A stretch of DNA of 64,000 nt, taken from contig JAAILG010001052.1 in NCBI GenBank assembly GCA_012026655.1, positions 1 to 64,000 on the forward strand, given 5' to 3'. The number at the start of each line of letters is the position of its first letter. Positions within the stretch are counted from its first letter, which is position 1. Source of the stretch: Hydrolagus affinis. Lineage: Eukaryota. A program made the translations under genes and the position numbers. The notes beneath the pieces are model-generated. The model was not told the origin of the DNA. It saw nothing but the letters and a program-made list of their open reading frames with translations, and did no database searches. Positions 24,973-36,984 of the stretch are shown here, one piece after another.

Positions 24973-26736
24973 CAATAGTAAACCCTGAGGTAATAATTAT
25001 ATCCTGTTGTAACATTTATATTTGTATATTTTGGCCAAGAAATTAACATGATTTTGAAAGCATAATATTTACACAAACTGAGCCTTGTGGCATTAGAAAT
25101 CCAGAGAAATTTCCATTTCTCGCCTTTTTGGTCTGAACAACAACAACAACAAAAAAATTACATTTATAGAGCACCTTTCACGTTGGGAGGACATCCCAGT
25201 TTGAAAGTAAACATGCTCTGGAATGAGAAGCCAGGGAGTAATGGTTGCTTTTGATATAGTGCCTTTTCATGACAAGGAGACATTTCAGGATGCCTCACAG
25301 GATTTAACGTAAAATGATGTTACTGTTTGTAGGAAATCATGGCATCTCTCTTGTGCACAACAACATCCCACTAACAGCCATGAAAAGAATGACCCATTTT
25401 ATCTGGGAGAAACAACCTTCTCTTTTCAAGGATTAGTGTATAATGTTCACCTAAGCAGGTTTAAAGTCTTAAAGCTTGGCTTGGATCCTCTTAAGTATGG
25501 TTCTGGGTTTCCGCGTGTGTCAGATTTTGAAAGATATTCAATAATTAACCAAACTTGACAGTAAAATGTTTGTCAAATGACACATGGAATGCAGGCAGGT
25601 AAGTTAACATTCTCCTATTGTGAACAATATTGATAAACCATCGCATCAGAGCCAAATGACTTTAAATCTAGCCGTCCTAATTAACTTAGATTTCGTTCCT
25701 AAAAGCAATTCTGCTATCACCTTAGAGACCCTAAAGTATTAACTGGCCATGACATTTATGTAACATCAAAATTAAAACAGAAATTGCAACCTAATTTACC
25801 AAAGTTGAGGAACTTAAGGCTTGTTGGAGTTGTATCCACTGAACTGTACATCTTACAGATCACAACTCAATACAATTAATGCTACGCCATACGATTTGTG
25901 CTGACAATTCTTGACATATTCCCTTCAAATGCAGTTACCTATGAGGGACAGTACTGTGATTTACTCAAGAGTTCGTGTTGTACTTCCTTCCCCATTACTT
26001 TGGGGGTTTTGTGGAGTGCAGGAGGGAAACAGCAGATTCCCAGTCAGCTTGTGAAGCACTTTAAAGCACGTACGTCCTCCCAACATGAACGGCAAAATAT
26101 AAACGAAAAGTTATCTGTGTTTTACAGACACAGTTTGAGCAGATTTAAAATTTTAATTTCACCGCTAGAGATATGTCGGGTGTACAGATGACAGGGACGT
26201 GGGGTGTAAAGGAGGAAGGAAACATGTTAATTTAGTTATTTTCTGAGAACATGGGGATATCATGGGGGAACTATTGCATTGCTGGTCAGTCTGATTTCAT
26301 GGAGTTACCTTTTCTGATGATAGTTGGGCTCTTGAGATTTTTAACAGGGATTGTTGATCACAAATTACCTTATTTATCCAATTCATTGCACCTCATTTAG
26401 TCACGATCAATATTCAAAGTACTTATATGACACATTGGCTTTCATATGCAATGGGATTTTATGGAAGCGATTAATGGACAGAGGAGTTAATAGCTTCAAT
26501 AAATCCCAAACACGTTGGAGAGTGAGAAGTTTTGTGGGTTTGGAATCCAAAGATTTGATATATTTATCCAATGGATTTTCAGAAGCTCGCAGTACTATCG
26601 CACTGTAATGCATGCAGCATTGTTAACTTTCAGTTTTAAAATTGCACTTTTACTATTCCACAACATTGGAGGAATTTATATGCGTCTTAGAATCCACTAT
26701 GTATCGTGTTCAAACCTAAGACCCTCCTGGCTGCAT

Positions 26737-26905
26737 AATCATAGAATCATAGAATCTTACTGCACAAAAGGAGGCCATTCAGCCCATTGAGTCTGTGCCG
26801 ACTCTTTAAAAAGAGCAATTTAATCTCACTCCCCAGCTCTCTCCCCATAACCCCGCAAACCCGTCTTCCCCAAATAAATGTCTACCTCTCTTTTAAAAGT
26901 CTTTT
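26737..26905 (-). mobile_element. CR1-type LINE 3' end
   Basis: (AGAATCAT)n tail; reverse complement of 47800-47957. Confidence 0.8.
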
Positions 26906-28891
26906 AAAAATCATTATCCTTTGAGTCATTGAAAAATACTTGCACTCAGTGCTGAGATCAGAAACTCACAGGTAGGAGCTATAGTGTAACCAGACTGAAG
27001 CACAATGTATGGAAACACCATTGTGGTTTACGACTTTCACATTAAATAATCCAAAAGCTGGCAAACACTGCATTTCTAAGGCCTTTTTTTAAACCTGTCA
27101 TGTTGTTTCTTACAAGTGCAATATCCAAGCAGATCAAAGAGCAAGCAATGGATCTGACAGTTTCTGAGTACACTTCTGCATCGTACATTAGACAGGCCAT
27201 AGGTTAAATGAACAACAATTTCAGTGCAGTGAACTATAATAGATGTTAGCAATAGGTATCCTCTCTGATCAAAGGAAAGGAAGTGTCAAAGAGTTCTCAC
27301 ATTATTAAGAAACTGTCCAGCCGTTGAGCATTCATGAGCTGTCAACATTGTAGACAGACCATTTTATGAGTCTGCTTCAGATGAATGCTGATTGAGCATA
27401 TACACCCAGTTTGATCTCCCTGAGTAAATCTGACTGTTTTGGTATTTTCTAAATAAAAATGTTACCAATGCAGGCTCTCTTAACCAATCCATCACAAGGC
27501 GTGAATGAAGAAGGATCTTCAGCCCATTTGATCTCATTTGCATGGAATCAAATAACCATCTGACAGCGTTCCCAGATTTTTTGTTCACTTTAAAACATAT
27601 TTCAGACTGCTCCTTTCACATATTAATAATAAGAAGATATTGCTATAAAAATAAGCAGATCCAGAAGATCCTTCTACACAAAGTCACAGTGTGACCCCCC
27701 ATTGAACATTTTTCTTTATAACGTGAATTTAATTATAACATGATCCTGCTGTGGATCCCATTCAATGTATCACTCACTAATACAAACCCTCCCCCCACTC
27801 ATGTCCCTCCCAGCTTAAGATCCCACTCTGTATCCCTCTCTTTCTCCTCTGTGAAATGCACTACAAGTGTTGTACTTGTAATGTAATAACTTATTATTGT
27901 GGAAGTTACTTCATCTTGTTTTGCTTTTAAGGTCAATAAATTGCATTTATATAGCGCCTTCATGACAGGAGGACAACCCAAGGTGCTAGACAGCAAGGGG
28001 TTTGCATCTGAGCTGTAGATTGGGATCAGTGAGGGGTGGAAGGCAAAGGGGTTGAAGGGGGGAAGGTGGCTGAAGGTATGATTTAAAAGGAAGACTTTGA
28101 AGGAGGCAAGGAAAACCATTCATCATCTTTAATTAAAATGCAATTTAAAATTATCTTTATATTCTTCCACATCTCATATTGAATTGGAAACATTTATAAG
28201 ATTTGCATTTATATAGGCACCTTTCAATTGGCAGGATGTGCCTTTAACCAAATGACGAAGGATTCTCCGTAAAACTTTTATTTTCTTGTTTAAGAACAAG
28301 ATAAAAATCACAATCCCACAATAAAGTTGTAATCTCACAACCCCTGGCAAACCCTACGCAAATCATGTAAATTGTATTCCAACGTAAAGCAGGAAAATTA
28401 ATAAGAGATGTGTAGCACAGCAGGACATTATTGTTTGCCAGCTGTTCTCGAACCCTCCCTGCAGTATAACAACAACAACTTAGATTTATATCGTGCCCTC
28501 CACGTCGGGTGGCGTCTCGAAGCATACATTGACTTTACCAATGGAAGACAAACGCTGCTCAGAAATATAGCAACTGTGGCATTAGTTTATATTAGGTTAG
28601 TGCTGCTGCTGAACAAATTGTTATTGAGTTAACGGGAACTAATGAGTCTTGTATTAGTTTCATCAACTCTTCTTCAGAGCACTAGATGCAAGTATCAAGT
28701 TACTCTCAAGATTGTGCTGGCTGTTGAGGAACTGCACTCGCGGTAATACTGAATAGGATGTTATTCTAGAAGTGCTAGAAGTGCTGATATTTTCTTTTAA
28801 TAAAAAAGATTCGAGAGCAGTCGCACGCTAATGTTAAAAGGGCACAATTTGTGTATATTTGTGTATATTTGGACTACCTGGAATAACCAAC

Positions 28892-29231
28892 TATAATAAT
28901 AATCCTTGCATTTGATATTGTGCTTTTCACATCTTATTGACGTCTCAAAGCGGTTCACAAAATATACTGTAAAGTGTATATTTGTGTATATTCTGTATAT
29001 TTGTGGGCGAAACACGGCAGCCAATTGTGCACAGCAGCGTCCCGCAAACAGTTGTGGATTGAAAATGACCAATATTTATCATTGTGTTTTTTTGGGGAAC
29101 GGATTATTATTAGGCGTGTGTGTGGAGTAAGGAAACTTGCCCAAGGTTTCGCCCTGACCTGCCTGTATTCGAACACAGGTCTCACGCTTGTAAGGCGAGT
29201 GAGTGCTCAACCACTGAGCTGCAGGAGCTCT
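28892..29231 (-). mobile_element. tRNA-derived SINE, short form
   Basis: Full-length match to the family. Confidence 0.88.
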
Positions 29232-29754
29232 AATATGTACTATCCAACAAACAGCCATGGAATGAGTCGCCAATTGTATTTGAGGCATTGTTGGCCAGGT
29301 TTGGTGGATTAGCTGCAGGACAAATTAGATTTACACAAAGGCCCAGCACTAATTTGATACTTGAAACCATGCCATGACTTGGTTAAAAGAATGGGACTTA
29401 TAATAAAACGAATACCCTTCAAACTGGAACTGCATTTTGTGTGGTATCAATTTGACATGAAACAACATTGAATCAATGATAGTTCTGCAGAATTAATAAG
29501 GTAATGCATCTCAATACTGTATTTTTCTGGAGATTTACTTCTGCAGTAACCGAGTATCCTTCAAAGATTGCAAAGATTCTTGTCTCCATTTTGCACCTTC
29601 CCTGTTTCGTTTCAGGAACTTATTCAATTGTGAACTAAGGATTAAAGGGCCCCAATTTTTTTCAGCAAATGGAAACAATATATATTTTTAATATCAACGA
29701 TCATGGTAATATCCATCCACCTAAATCTAATAAATGCTTACAATAATGCTTACA

Positions 29755-30000
29755 GGATCTGCTGTAAAGTGAATTGACTGCATATTTGTAGGCGAAACAC
29801 AGCAGCCAATTGCGCACAGCAGTGCCCCATAAACAGTTGTGGATTGAAATGATCAAATATTTAATTATTTATTTTCGAAGGATTATTATTTGGCATGTGG
29901 AGCAAGGAAACTTGCCCAAGGTTTCACCCTGCCTGGAATTGAACCACTGTGTCTCGCTGGCAAGGTGAGTGCTCTAAGCACTGAGCTACAAGACTCCACA
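29755..30000 (-). mobile_element. tRNA-derived SINE, short form, tail eroded
   Basis: Head and body match the family. Confidence 0.8.
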
Positions 30001-32378
30001 ATGTAGACAGAATGCTGGAAACATTGGTAAGAATCTTTTAACAACAGGCTTGCACTCAAACCCAAGTATGGAGAGTAAGTCAATTTTTCATAGAACTGAC
30101 TGTAGTCCTATTTTTGTTTCAAAAGGCTACTTAGTGTTAAGGGCACTATATACACACAAGTTATTATCGAATTGTGATGCTAAGACAGTTACAAGAATAT
30201 AAAAAGAATCAACAACAATGTCAATTGATCTTTCAATCCCGTTCCTTCCACAGGATATATAAAATGTATTCTAATACAGTATGCCCCCCGCCCATTACAC
30301 AAGGAGAATGATCCATACGGCTTTTACGGACAGAAAGATGAGAAAATGTAGTCACAAGTTTTAGCCTGACAGAACTAAGTGAAGCATCTCGTTAATAGGA
30401 AATAGACGTTTTTCTGTCCATTGAAATAAAATTCCTTTCATTGCTATAGCACCTTTTATATCGGGTCCGAAAATGCTTCACAGCATTTACTCTGAAGTGA
30501 AGTGACTGTGTTTTTTCTCTGTGTGCATGAATGCAACAGCCAAGTTGTACACAGCAACAACCCACAAACAGCCATGGAGTGAATGACTAATAATATCTGA
30601 GGAATCGGTCACCAGGGCACCGGGAGAAACCTGTGCCTCCAACGGGCCGCTCTGTTTGTTAAAAAGACGTTAGAATAGGAACTGTTCCAGATTTCATAAA
30701 CCATCTGCTTTGGACACAAGTGTTACCCGTTTTGATATGTAAGCAAATATCAATGAGGGTAACTTAAGTCAGTGATGAAAAAAAAGTAAAATACTAAAAA
30801 TGTTGAAAATCAGAGGAAGAATTGCCATTGGGTCACAGACCGAATTTTCTTAGTACTGTACCCAGCTTCTGAGCTATACAGACAGTGCAAGATATATCTA
30901 ATCACGTAACATTAATATAGAATCATGCTGGTATATCAGGTAGGATTACTGACAAATTTAGCTCTGTCAAAATATACATTTGGAAGAAAATATGCAGACA
31001 TGTTTACGCTACTTCAAAGTCTTTCACAACAGTAAAATGAAATAGTATTATTTCTGGACCTTACTCAAGATTGGAAGGAAATATTTCTTTTGTGTGTGGC
31101 CTGCGATTCATTTTTAAAATGGACAATTACAATGTGAATGCAGCCTATAAATAATGAGCAACGCAATAGGTCAGAAACAGTAAAGGCAAACTCCACACAA
31201 AGTACTGGTTACACAATGCCATCTTGTGGTAGGTGTCTACCATAATCTTAATGTTGCTGTTGTACAAAATAAATTCCTGGATTTTTCTTCAATCATAAAA
31301 TGTTACAACTTTTAGGAAAAATAATTGAATAGACCAATTACTGGCTATATTTTTAAAAATCATCTCATGTCACCCAGTGTTGTTGAAATTGTACTGATGA
31401 GAACGTACATATGAATTCTGTGGATCATCTTAAAGTCGAAAGCGGCTTCGTTTTTATTCATGGATTAATTTTTTTGTTAGCTATTTTCCAAAAGAATAAT
31501 CCACGAAAATGTAACAATACCTTTTACAATAGCTAGCGCAGTGACTCTGAAATGATTGCTTATTTGGAAATGTGTGACAATGTCTGACATGTACTACTTG
31601 AATTCTCATTGGTTGATGAGTTTGTTTAGAAGTTTTATTTCGTCTTTCAATGGCCAATGCTATTTAAAATCAGTGAAGCTCCACAAATAACCAACTGCCT
31701 CGTGCTCTTGGCTCCTTGCAGGGACATGATGATTGTTTGTATTGATCATGGTTTGCCCCATTTGGAAATACAATACACAGTATAAGGCATTATATCACCT
31801 TCTTTGCCTTTCTGTAGTGGATAACATAATAACACACATGCTGGACTGTTGTAAAACAGTTGCAAGCCTCAGCCTCGAGAGATGCTGGGAGGTGCAGCAG
31901 ATTAGGAGAAAATGGAGCAGGAATTTGTTCAGTTCAAACACATGGGACAAACCTCAAACCAGTTCCAAGTGGGCACAATATAAAACTACACACAATTTAA
32001 GCAGCTGACTGACAGTCTCACTCAGAGATTGAAGCCCATTTTGGGGGCAGAAGCTTTAATAAGCCTTTGGATACCACCCTGTGGTATCACGAATGCGAAG
32101 CTATCAATTCTCCAGCACTGAACGAAACCACACACTTTGCTGATACATGAATATTTTCCATAATATGAAAGTGAGGTCTTGGCTCAAACCTGGAAACAAA
32201 AACTGCCTCACGCGATCAATGTATTTTCAGGTTTGACAAATGACACCATTAACGATGAGAAATATGAATGTTTTCTCCACTGTCCTTTTGTAAAGAAAGC
32301 AATATTTTATACTGTCTCAAGCGAGTAAACCCTGGTTGGAAGACAGAAGAGAATGAATGGGTCAGAAAAGCTTCTTAC

Positions 32379-32489
32379 CATTGTCATCGCATGAGTCTGA
32401 CTGGAAGGAGTTGAGTGACTGGACCTCAGAATTGCTACCTTTTGTACTTCCTGCAAAACCTGCGGCATCCTCAGTAATGTCCACTTTGC
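32379..32489 (-). CDS. fat3: fat3 cytoplasmic exon (GKVDITEDAAGFAGSTKGSNSEVQSLNSFQSDSCDDN)
   Basis: Hand-translated. Acceptor ttatggcttcag|GC and donor ATG|gtaaga; 111 nt, phase 1 to 1; conserved SEVQSL.SFQS.S.DDN motif. Confidence 0.93.
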
Positions 32490-32867
32490 CTGAAGCCATA
32501 AAATTAGACAATTAGTTATTATGGCTCATTCCTTCTTCGTGTCTCTCTCCACAACTCCACTACTATAAGCTTTCAATACATAAAAAGCCAGAGCAGGATT
32601 TACAGTTTGGCTAAAGAATATTGGTGCCAAGTAGCTTAATGTCAACCTCATTGTGCAGTGTGTTTAAAAAAAAACAAAGCCACATATATTCATGTTACAA
32701 TAATAACTGTGTAGGATTTTTGTATGATGGAAATTCCCTCCACCTTTTATGTTGTAAATCATAGGAGGCCATTTTGCTCAGGGACTGTGAATTGGCTCAT
32801 CTACAGGAGCTAATTAAGCTAATCCGTATTGTTGGGCTCTTTCTGTTGATCATCTTGAAATAATAAA

Positions 32868-33206
32868 TGACAATCCTTGGATTTGATATAGCTCCTAATC
32901 ACGTTATTGGGAGATCTCAGAGTTTCACACGCTATGAAATGGACTGACTGTGTATTTTGTGGGCGAAACTCAGCAGTGGTGCCCCTCAAACAGTCGTGGA
33001 TTGAGTGACCAATTTATTATTATTAAGTTTTTCGGAAGGAATTATTATCCCCGGAAAAGCAATCCACCAATCAACTAACAACCGGGTTCCTACCGACTGC
33101 TAGGTAAACAGAGGAAACTTGACCCACAGTTTTGCCCTGCCAAGAATAGAACCCCAGTCTCTCGCTTGCGAGGTGAGACTCTAAACACTGAGCTACTGAT
33201 CTCCAC
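32868..33206 (-). mobile_element. tRNA-derived SINE, long form
   Basis: Carries the body segment ctctgtttacctagcagtcggtaggaacccggttgttagttgattggtggattgc. Confidence 0.8.
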
Positions 33207-33455
33207 TGAGCTGCAGGTCTCCACATTCCAACAGAGGTGATTGTTTAACACTGCAACATGTGTACCAGTGTGCAGAGTTAATTACCAACATTTATTTTGA
33301 GTGAGGACATCACCTCTGGTTTGCCACTTGTAACCATTTAGAAGAGTCGTGAGCTTGATCTATCAAGGGGGCACAGGTCCAGACAGGTCAGGATAAAAGG
33401 AAGATGGAATACACGGAGGCAGAGTTCAAACAAAGTAAAGATAAATCTCTATTAC

Positions 33456-34111
33456 CGTCTCTGTCTGCATCCCACGTGTTTTTTCTTAATGAATCACAGT
33501 CGGAAACAGATCGAGTCACTGATGGGAGGTTTGGGGCCACACTACACACAACCACGCCCCTGCGGGTACTCAACAGTCGAGGGGAATCGGGGTGAAAAGT
33601 GCTCATCTCCTGGTGTTCCACGCACATCCCGTCAATCTTGTCCAGGTTGTTTCTGGAGTCGCTGTGAAAGCACGGCGTGTAGCCCATCGGCCTGACTGGC
33701 ACTTGAGGTGGACCTCTAGGTTCCTGGTAAATGCAACGCCCGTCACCGTTATTGCGGACACCCTTGAACTGGATGCCGTTGGGTTTGTTGAGCAGCGCGG
33801 CGGTTGCAGGGTCCTGCACGAGGGTGATGTTGTTACGTGCGTAATGTTTCTTGAACACCTTCTTACGGAAAATGGCAAAGATTATTACGAGGATCATGAG
33901 AACAAGCAGGACCACCGCTATCCCAATGAACTCCTCTTTTCCAATGTAGGGATGGCCAGGTTGTATATTGGGTACAATTACAGGCCTCAGATCACAATAT
34001 AAGCCTACAAATCCTGAGGAGCAGTTACAGTGAAATGACCCCAATGTATTCAGACATGTTCCTCCATTATGGCACTCTTCTACATCACATTCATTGATGT
34101 CCTCTTCACAC
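33456..34111 (-). CDS. fat3: fat3 exon: Ca-binding EGF, transmembrane helix and proximal cytoplasmic domain
   Basis: Acceptor tgttccacag|G and donor ACG|gtaata; 656 nt, phase 2 to 1. DINEC EGF_CA motif; hydrophobic [21 protein letters not shown] followed by RKK. Confidence 0.96.
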
Positions 34112-34753
34112 CTGTGGAACAATTTACAATCAACTTTAACCTAACCATCATGGATGCGCATTAGTCTGTCACATTGTTTCTTTCAGCATGTGGCTATCCG
34201 CATTAAGGCCAACGACCCGGTAGCGAAATCTTTACTGGAGTTGGAAGAGCGTGGATTTTGTGTTACTCAACTCCAGAATTCTTTATTCAGCCTTCTAGGT
34301 TCATCAGAAAGCTTCTTTATTCCTATTATTCAAAAAAAATATTTTGTGTTTCCCAGCAATAAACTTTATCTGCCATCTGTTCGCCCATTCTGCAAACCTG
34401 TTCAGCTTTCTGCATCTTTTTTCAGATGCCTTTATTTCTGCATCTTTTTGCAGAATCCTTTATTATTTACTATATCTCTCAGTTTGGCGTCATCTGTGAA
34501 TTTTGACACCAATATCTCCGTGCGTGATTGGAAAGGAGCAGAATTTATTTAGGATTTATTTAGGATAACCACCAAGTTTGACCCCTTACAAATTATTATA
34601 ACAATCTCTGAATGACCGTTGCTGGTTCCTAACTGATCCCAAGTGTATCCAGAAACCAAAACTCACCTGAAATTGAGTACTGAGCCTTCTCAGCAAGATT
34701 CCTTATCAACCCAGCTTCATACATACAAAGAACAAGATTATAGATCAACTCAC

Positions 34754-34907
34754 GTCAGACCAGTGAAGCCTTCTTTGCAGCCACAGATGAAATCATCAAC
34801 GATGGCATCACAAAAGCCTCCATTCTGGCAAGGGTTTGGGACACAGGCTGTCACTTCAGTTTCACACTTGTTTCCTGTAAACTGCGACAAGCAGCTGCAC
34901 TGATAAC
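34754..34907 (-). CDS. fat3: fat3 exon: EGF-like repeats ([33 protein letters not shown]...[11 protein letters not shown])
   Basis: Not in the ORF track; translated by hand. Acceptor tatcaacag|GT and donor GAC|gtgagt; 154 nt, phase 1 to 2; canonical EGF cysteine spacing. Confidence 0.95.
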
Positions 34908-35059
34908 CTGTTGATACAGAGTGTTTGAATATGAATCAACGATCCAGTATGTTGCAGCAGGGAGATGACCTCAAGTCAAAGAAAAATGCTTCAAAGAATG
35001 GAAACGCAGTGTTTCAGGAGGAAGCATCCAAATGCTTTACAGGATTTACTGGCAAACGG

Positions 35060-35300
35060 TGCACAGATTAAACAAAAACAGAAGTCTCTGGGGACACTCA
35101 TCAGCGTTTCTTTATGGAGAAAGGAAAGTGAGTCAACGTTTCGGGTCCACGACCCTTTGTCAGAATTGGCAACAGAACTTTGTCAGTTCTGTAACGTTGA
35201 TTCACTTTTCTTTCTGCACAGTGACCTGCTGAGCGTGCCCAGCAATTTCTGTTTTTTGTTTCAGATTCCCAGCATCTGCAGTACAGTATTTTGTGTTTTT
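35060..35300. mobile_element. Penelope-like palindromic element with degenerate hammerhead motif
   Basis: Inverted arms 35070-35140 and 35193-35261. Minus strand 35165-35131 reads ttCTGACAAa gggtc gtg gaccc GAAAcgttgact. Confidence 0.65.
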
Positions 35301-35540
35301 GCTGCATAGATGAAATTTGGTTAAGTGACTTAATACTTCCTAGTTTGGTGAAATAATACTTGCTGCAGCACCCACGAAATGATGGACAATTGGCCCCTAC
35401 AACAACAACTTGCATTTATATATAGTGACCATCGTGCAGGATAGTGTCTTGGAGAAAATGTAGCAGGAATTTGTTCAGTTCAAACACATGAACTGTGTAC
35501 TAAGTAGTCTAAGTAGTCAACAACTCTCTTAAGATTATCC

Positions 35541-36125
35541 AGAGCTGCCAACCTTTTTTAACAAAAAAAACTACTCCTGAAAGCTAAAAACAGTATTTTG
35601 TGGTTAAAAAAAGAGTAATTTTCCCAGAACCTACCGGTACTTAACGAAAAAATTACAGCGCGAAAAGATGCCAAGTAAAATGGGACTTCAAAACCCCTCG
35701 TTAAGCAAAAATTGTGTTAAGCAGGAGGTCCCTACTGTGTTTACGTATATGAAAAAAATATTTCCCAGCAATGCCTAGCGCCCAGCGCTAACATTTACAC
35801 TGTATCAGCAACGGCATAAGGTAGCACTGCTACTGAAGGCAGGGAGAGAAAGTTAAAGAGAAAGAGACTGAAACAGAGAGAGACAGAGAGACTATGAGTG
35901 AGATTGTGACACCCAGAGGCTCAAACAGAGAGGGAGAAAGAGACACAGAAAGAGAGAGAGACACAGAGAGAGACACACAGAGAGAAAGAGAGAGCGCGAC
36001 CGAGACAGACAGAGAGAGGGAAAGAGACACGGAAAGAGAGAGAGAGAGAGAGAGACAGAGAGAGAGAAAGAGACACACACAGAGAGCGACACACAGGGGG
36101 AGACTGAGACAGAGAGAGAGAGACT

Positions 36126-36197
<72 letters not shown>

Positions 36198-36324
36198 GAG
36201 AGAGCATGGAATTTCCAAAATTCGGATTTTCAAAAAAACATATTTTACCAAGAAAAATCGTGCTGCCGTATTTACTTCAATTTACCATACTAAATACGGC
36301 AAAAACATATTGGTTGGCAGCTCT
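35541..36324. mobile_element. non-autonomous DNA transposon (MITE-like), possibly hAT-related
   Basis: Perfect 13-bp TIR AGAGCTGCCAACC...GGTTGGCAGCTCT flanked by a perfect 8-bp direct repeat GATTATCC. Alternative reading: 14-bp TIR with 6-bp ATTATC. Confidence 0.85.
35843..36204. repeat. (GA)n/(GACA)n compound microsatellite
   Basis: Directly visible; lies inside the DNA element and generates the low-complexity ORFs. Confidence 0.95.
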
Positions 36325-36984
36325 GATTATCCCTTCTGCTGCCAAATCTACTGCAATGGAATTGCATGAGAAATGAATATCCACAATACATTAATCATTG
36401 CAATAACTTTGAAATACATAAATAAAAATTTTGAAGAATCCAAAGAAAGTGTAGAATTTGCAACAACAATTCAACCTGCACATCAAGTTGTTATAAATTA
36501 CTCTACCTTTTCATACTATTTACCTTAAATGAGTATTTCAAATTGTGTTGTAGTGGAAAGCATCCCAAAGTGCCTTACAGAATATACTTTAAAGTTTAGT
36601 GGCTGTGGTTAATTGGTGAACAAGGCAGCCAATTTGTGCACTGCATTCTCCTGGGAAGTGGCTTGAGACACCCTCCTGACATGAAAGGCGCTGCATCAAA
36701 CGTAAGATTATTTATTATTAAAGCCATTCCTTGCTGCTCTCCTTCTTATACCCCTCAATCAATTTTTTCACTAAATAGATAATTTCCTCTTGAATTTGGT
36801 GGTCCATCTGCCTCCACATGAGGATTCTGTTTCATATATTCAGCACTTTCAGTATAAATGTTTCATGTCAAAAAGGATTATCACACCCTCCTCTCTCCAA
36901 CCTGCTCTCTACCTGCACTGCTAACCGCTGTTAGCAGGAAACTGCCCTGGTCAAGGGTACAAATTACATCCTAACCGCCTGTGA

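Noticed and set aside
32379-32450. In-frame internal alternative acceptor (ttttgcag|GA) shortening the 111-nt exon by 39 nt
   Set aside because: Poor polypyrimidine tract; explained by the coding sequence.
33388-33455. ORF extension [21 protein letters not shown] as the true C-terminus
   Set aside because: Read-through past a GT donor whose phase matches the next conserved exon. Similar intronic extensions pad the ORFs at 61728, 38736 and 21204.
33404-34002. Antisense ORFs over fat3 exons (also 20907-21155 and 38769-39336)
   Set aside because: Shadow frames of GC-richer coding exons with no recognisable domains.
35830-36251. ORFs of 77-125 aa rich in SL/ER
   Set aside because: Translations of the (GA)n microsatellite.
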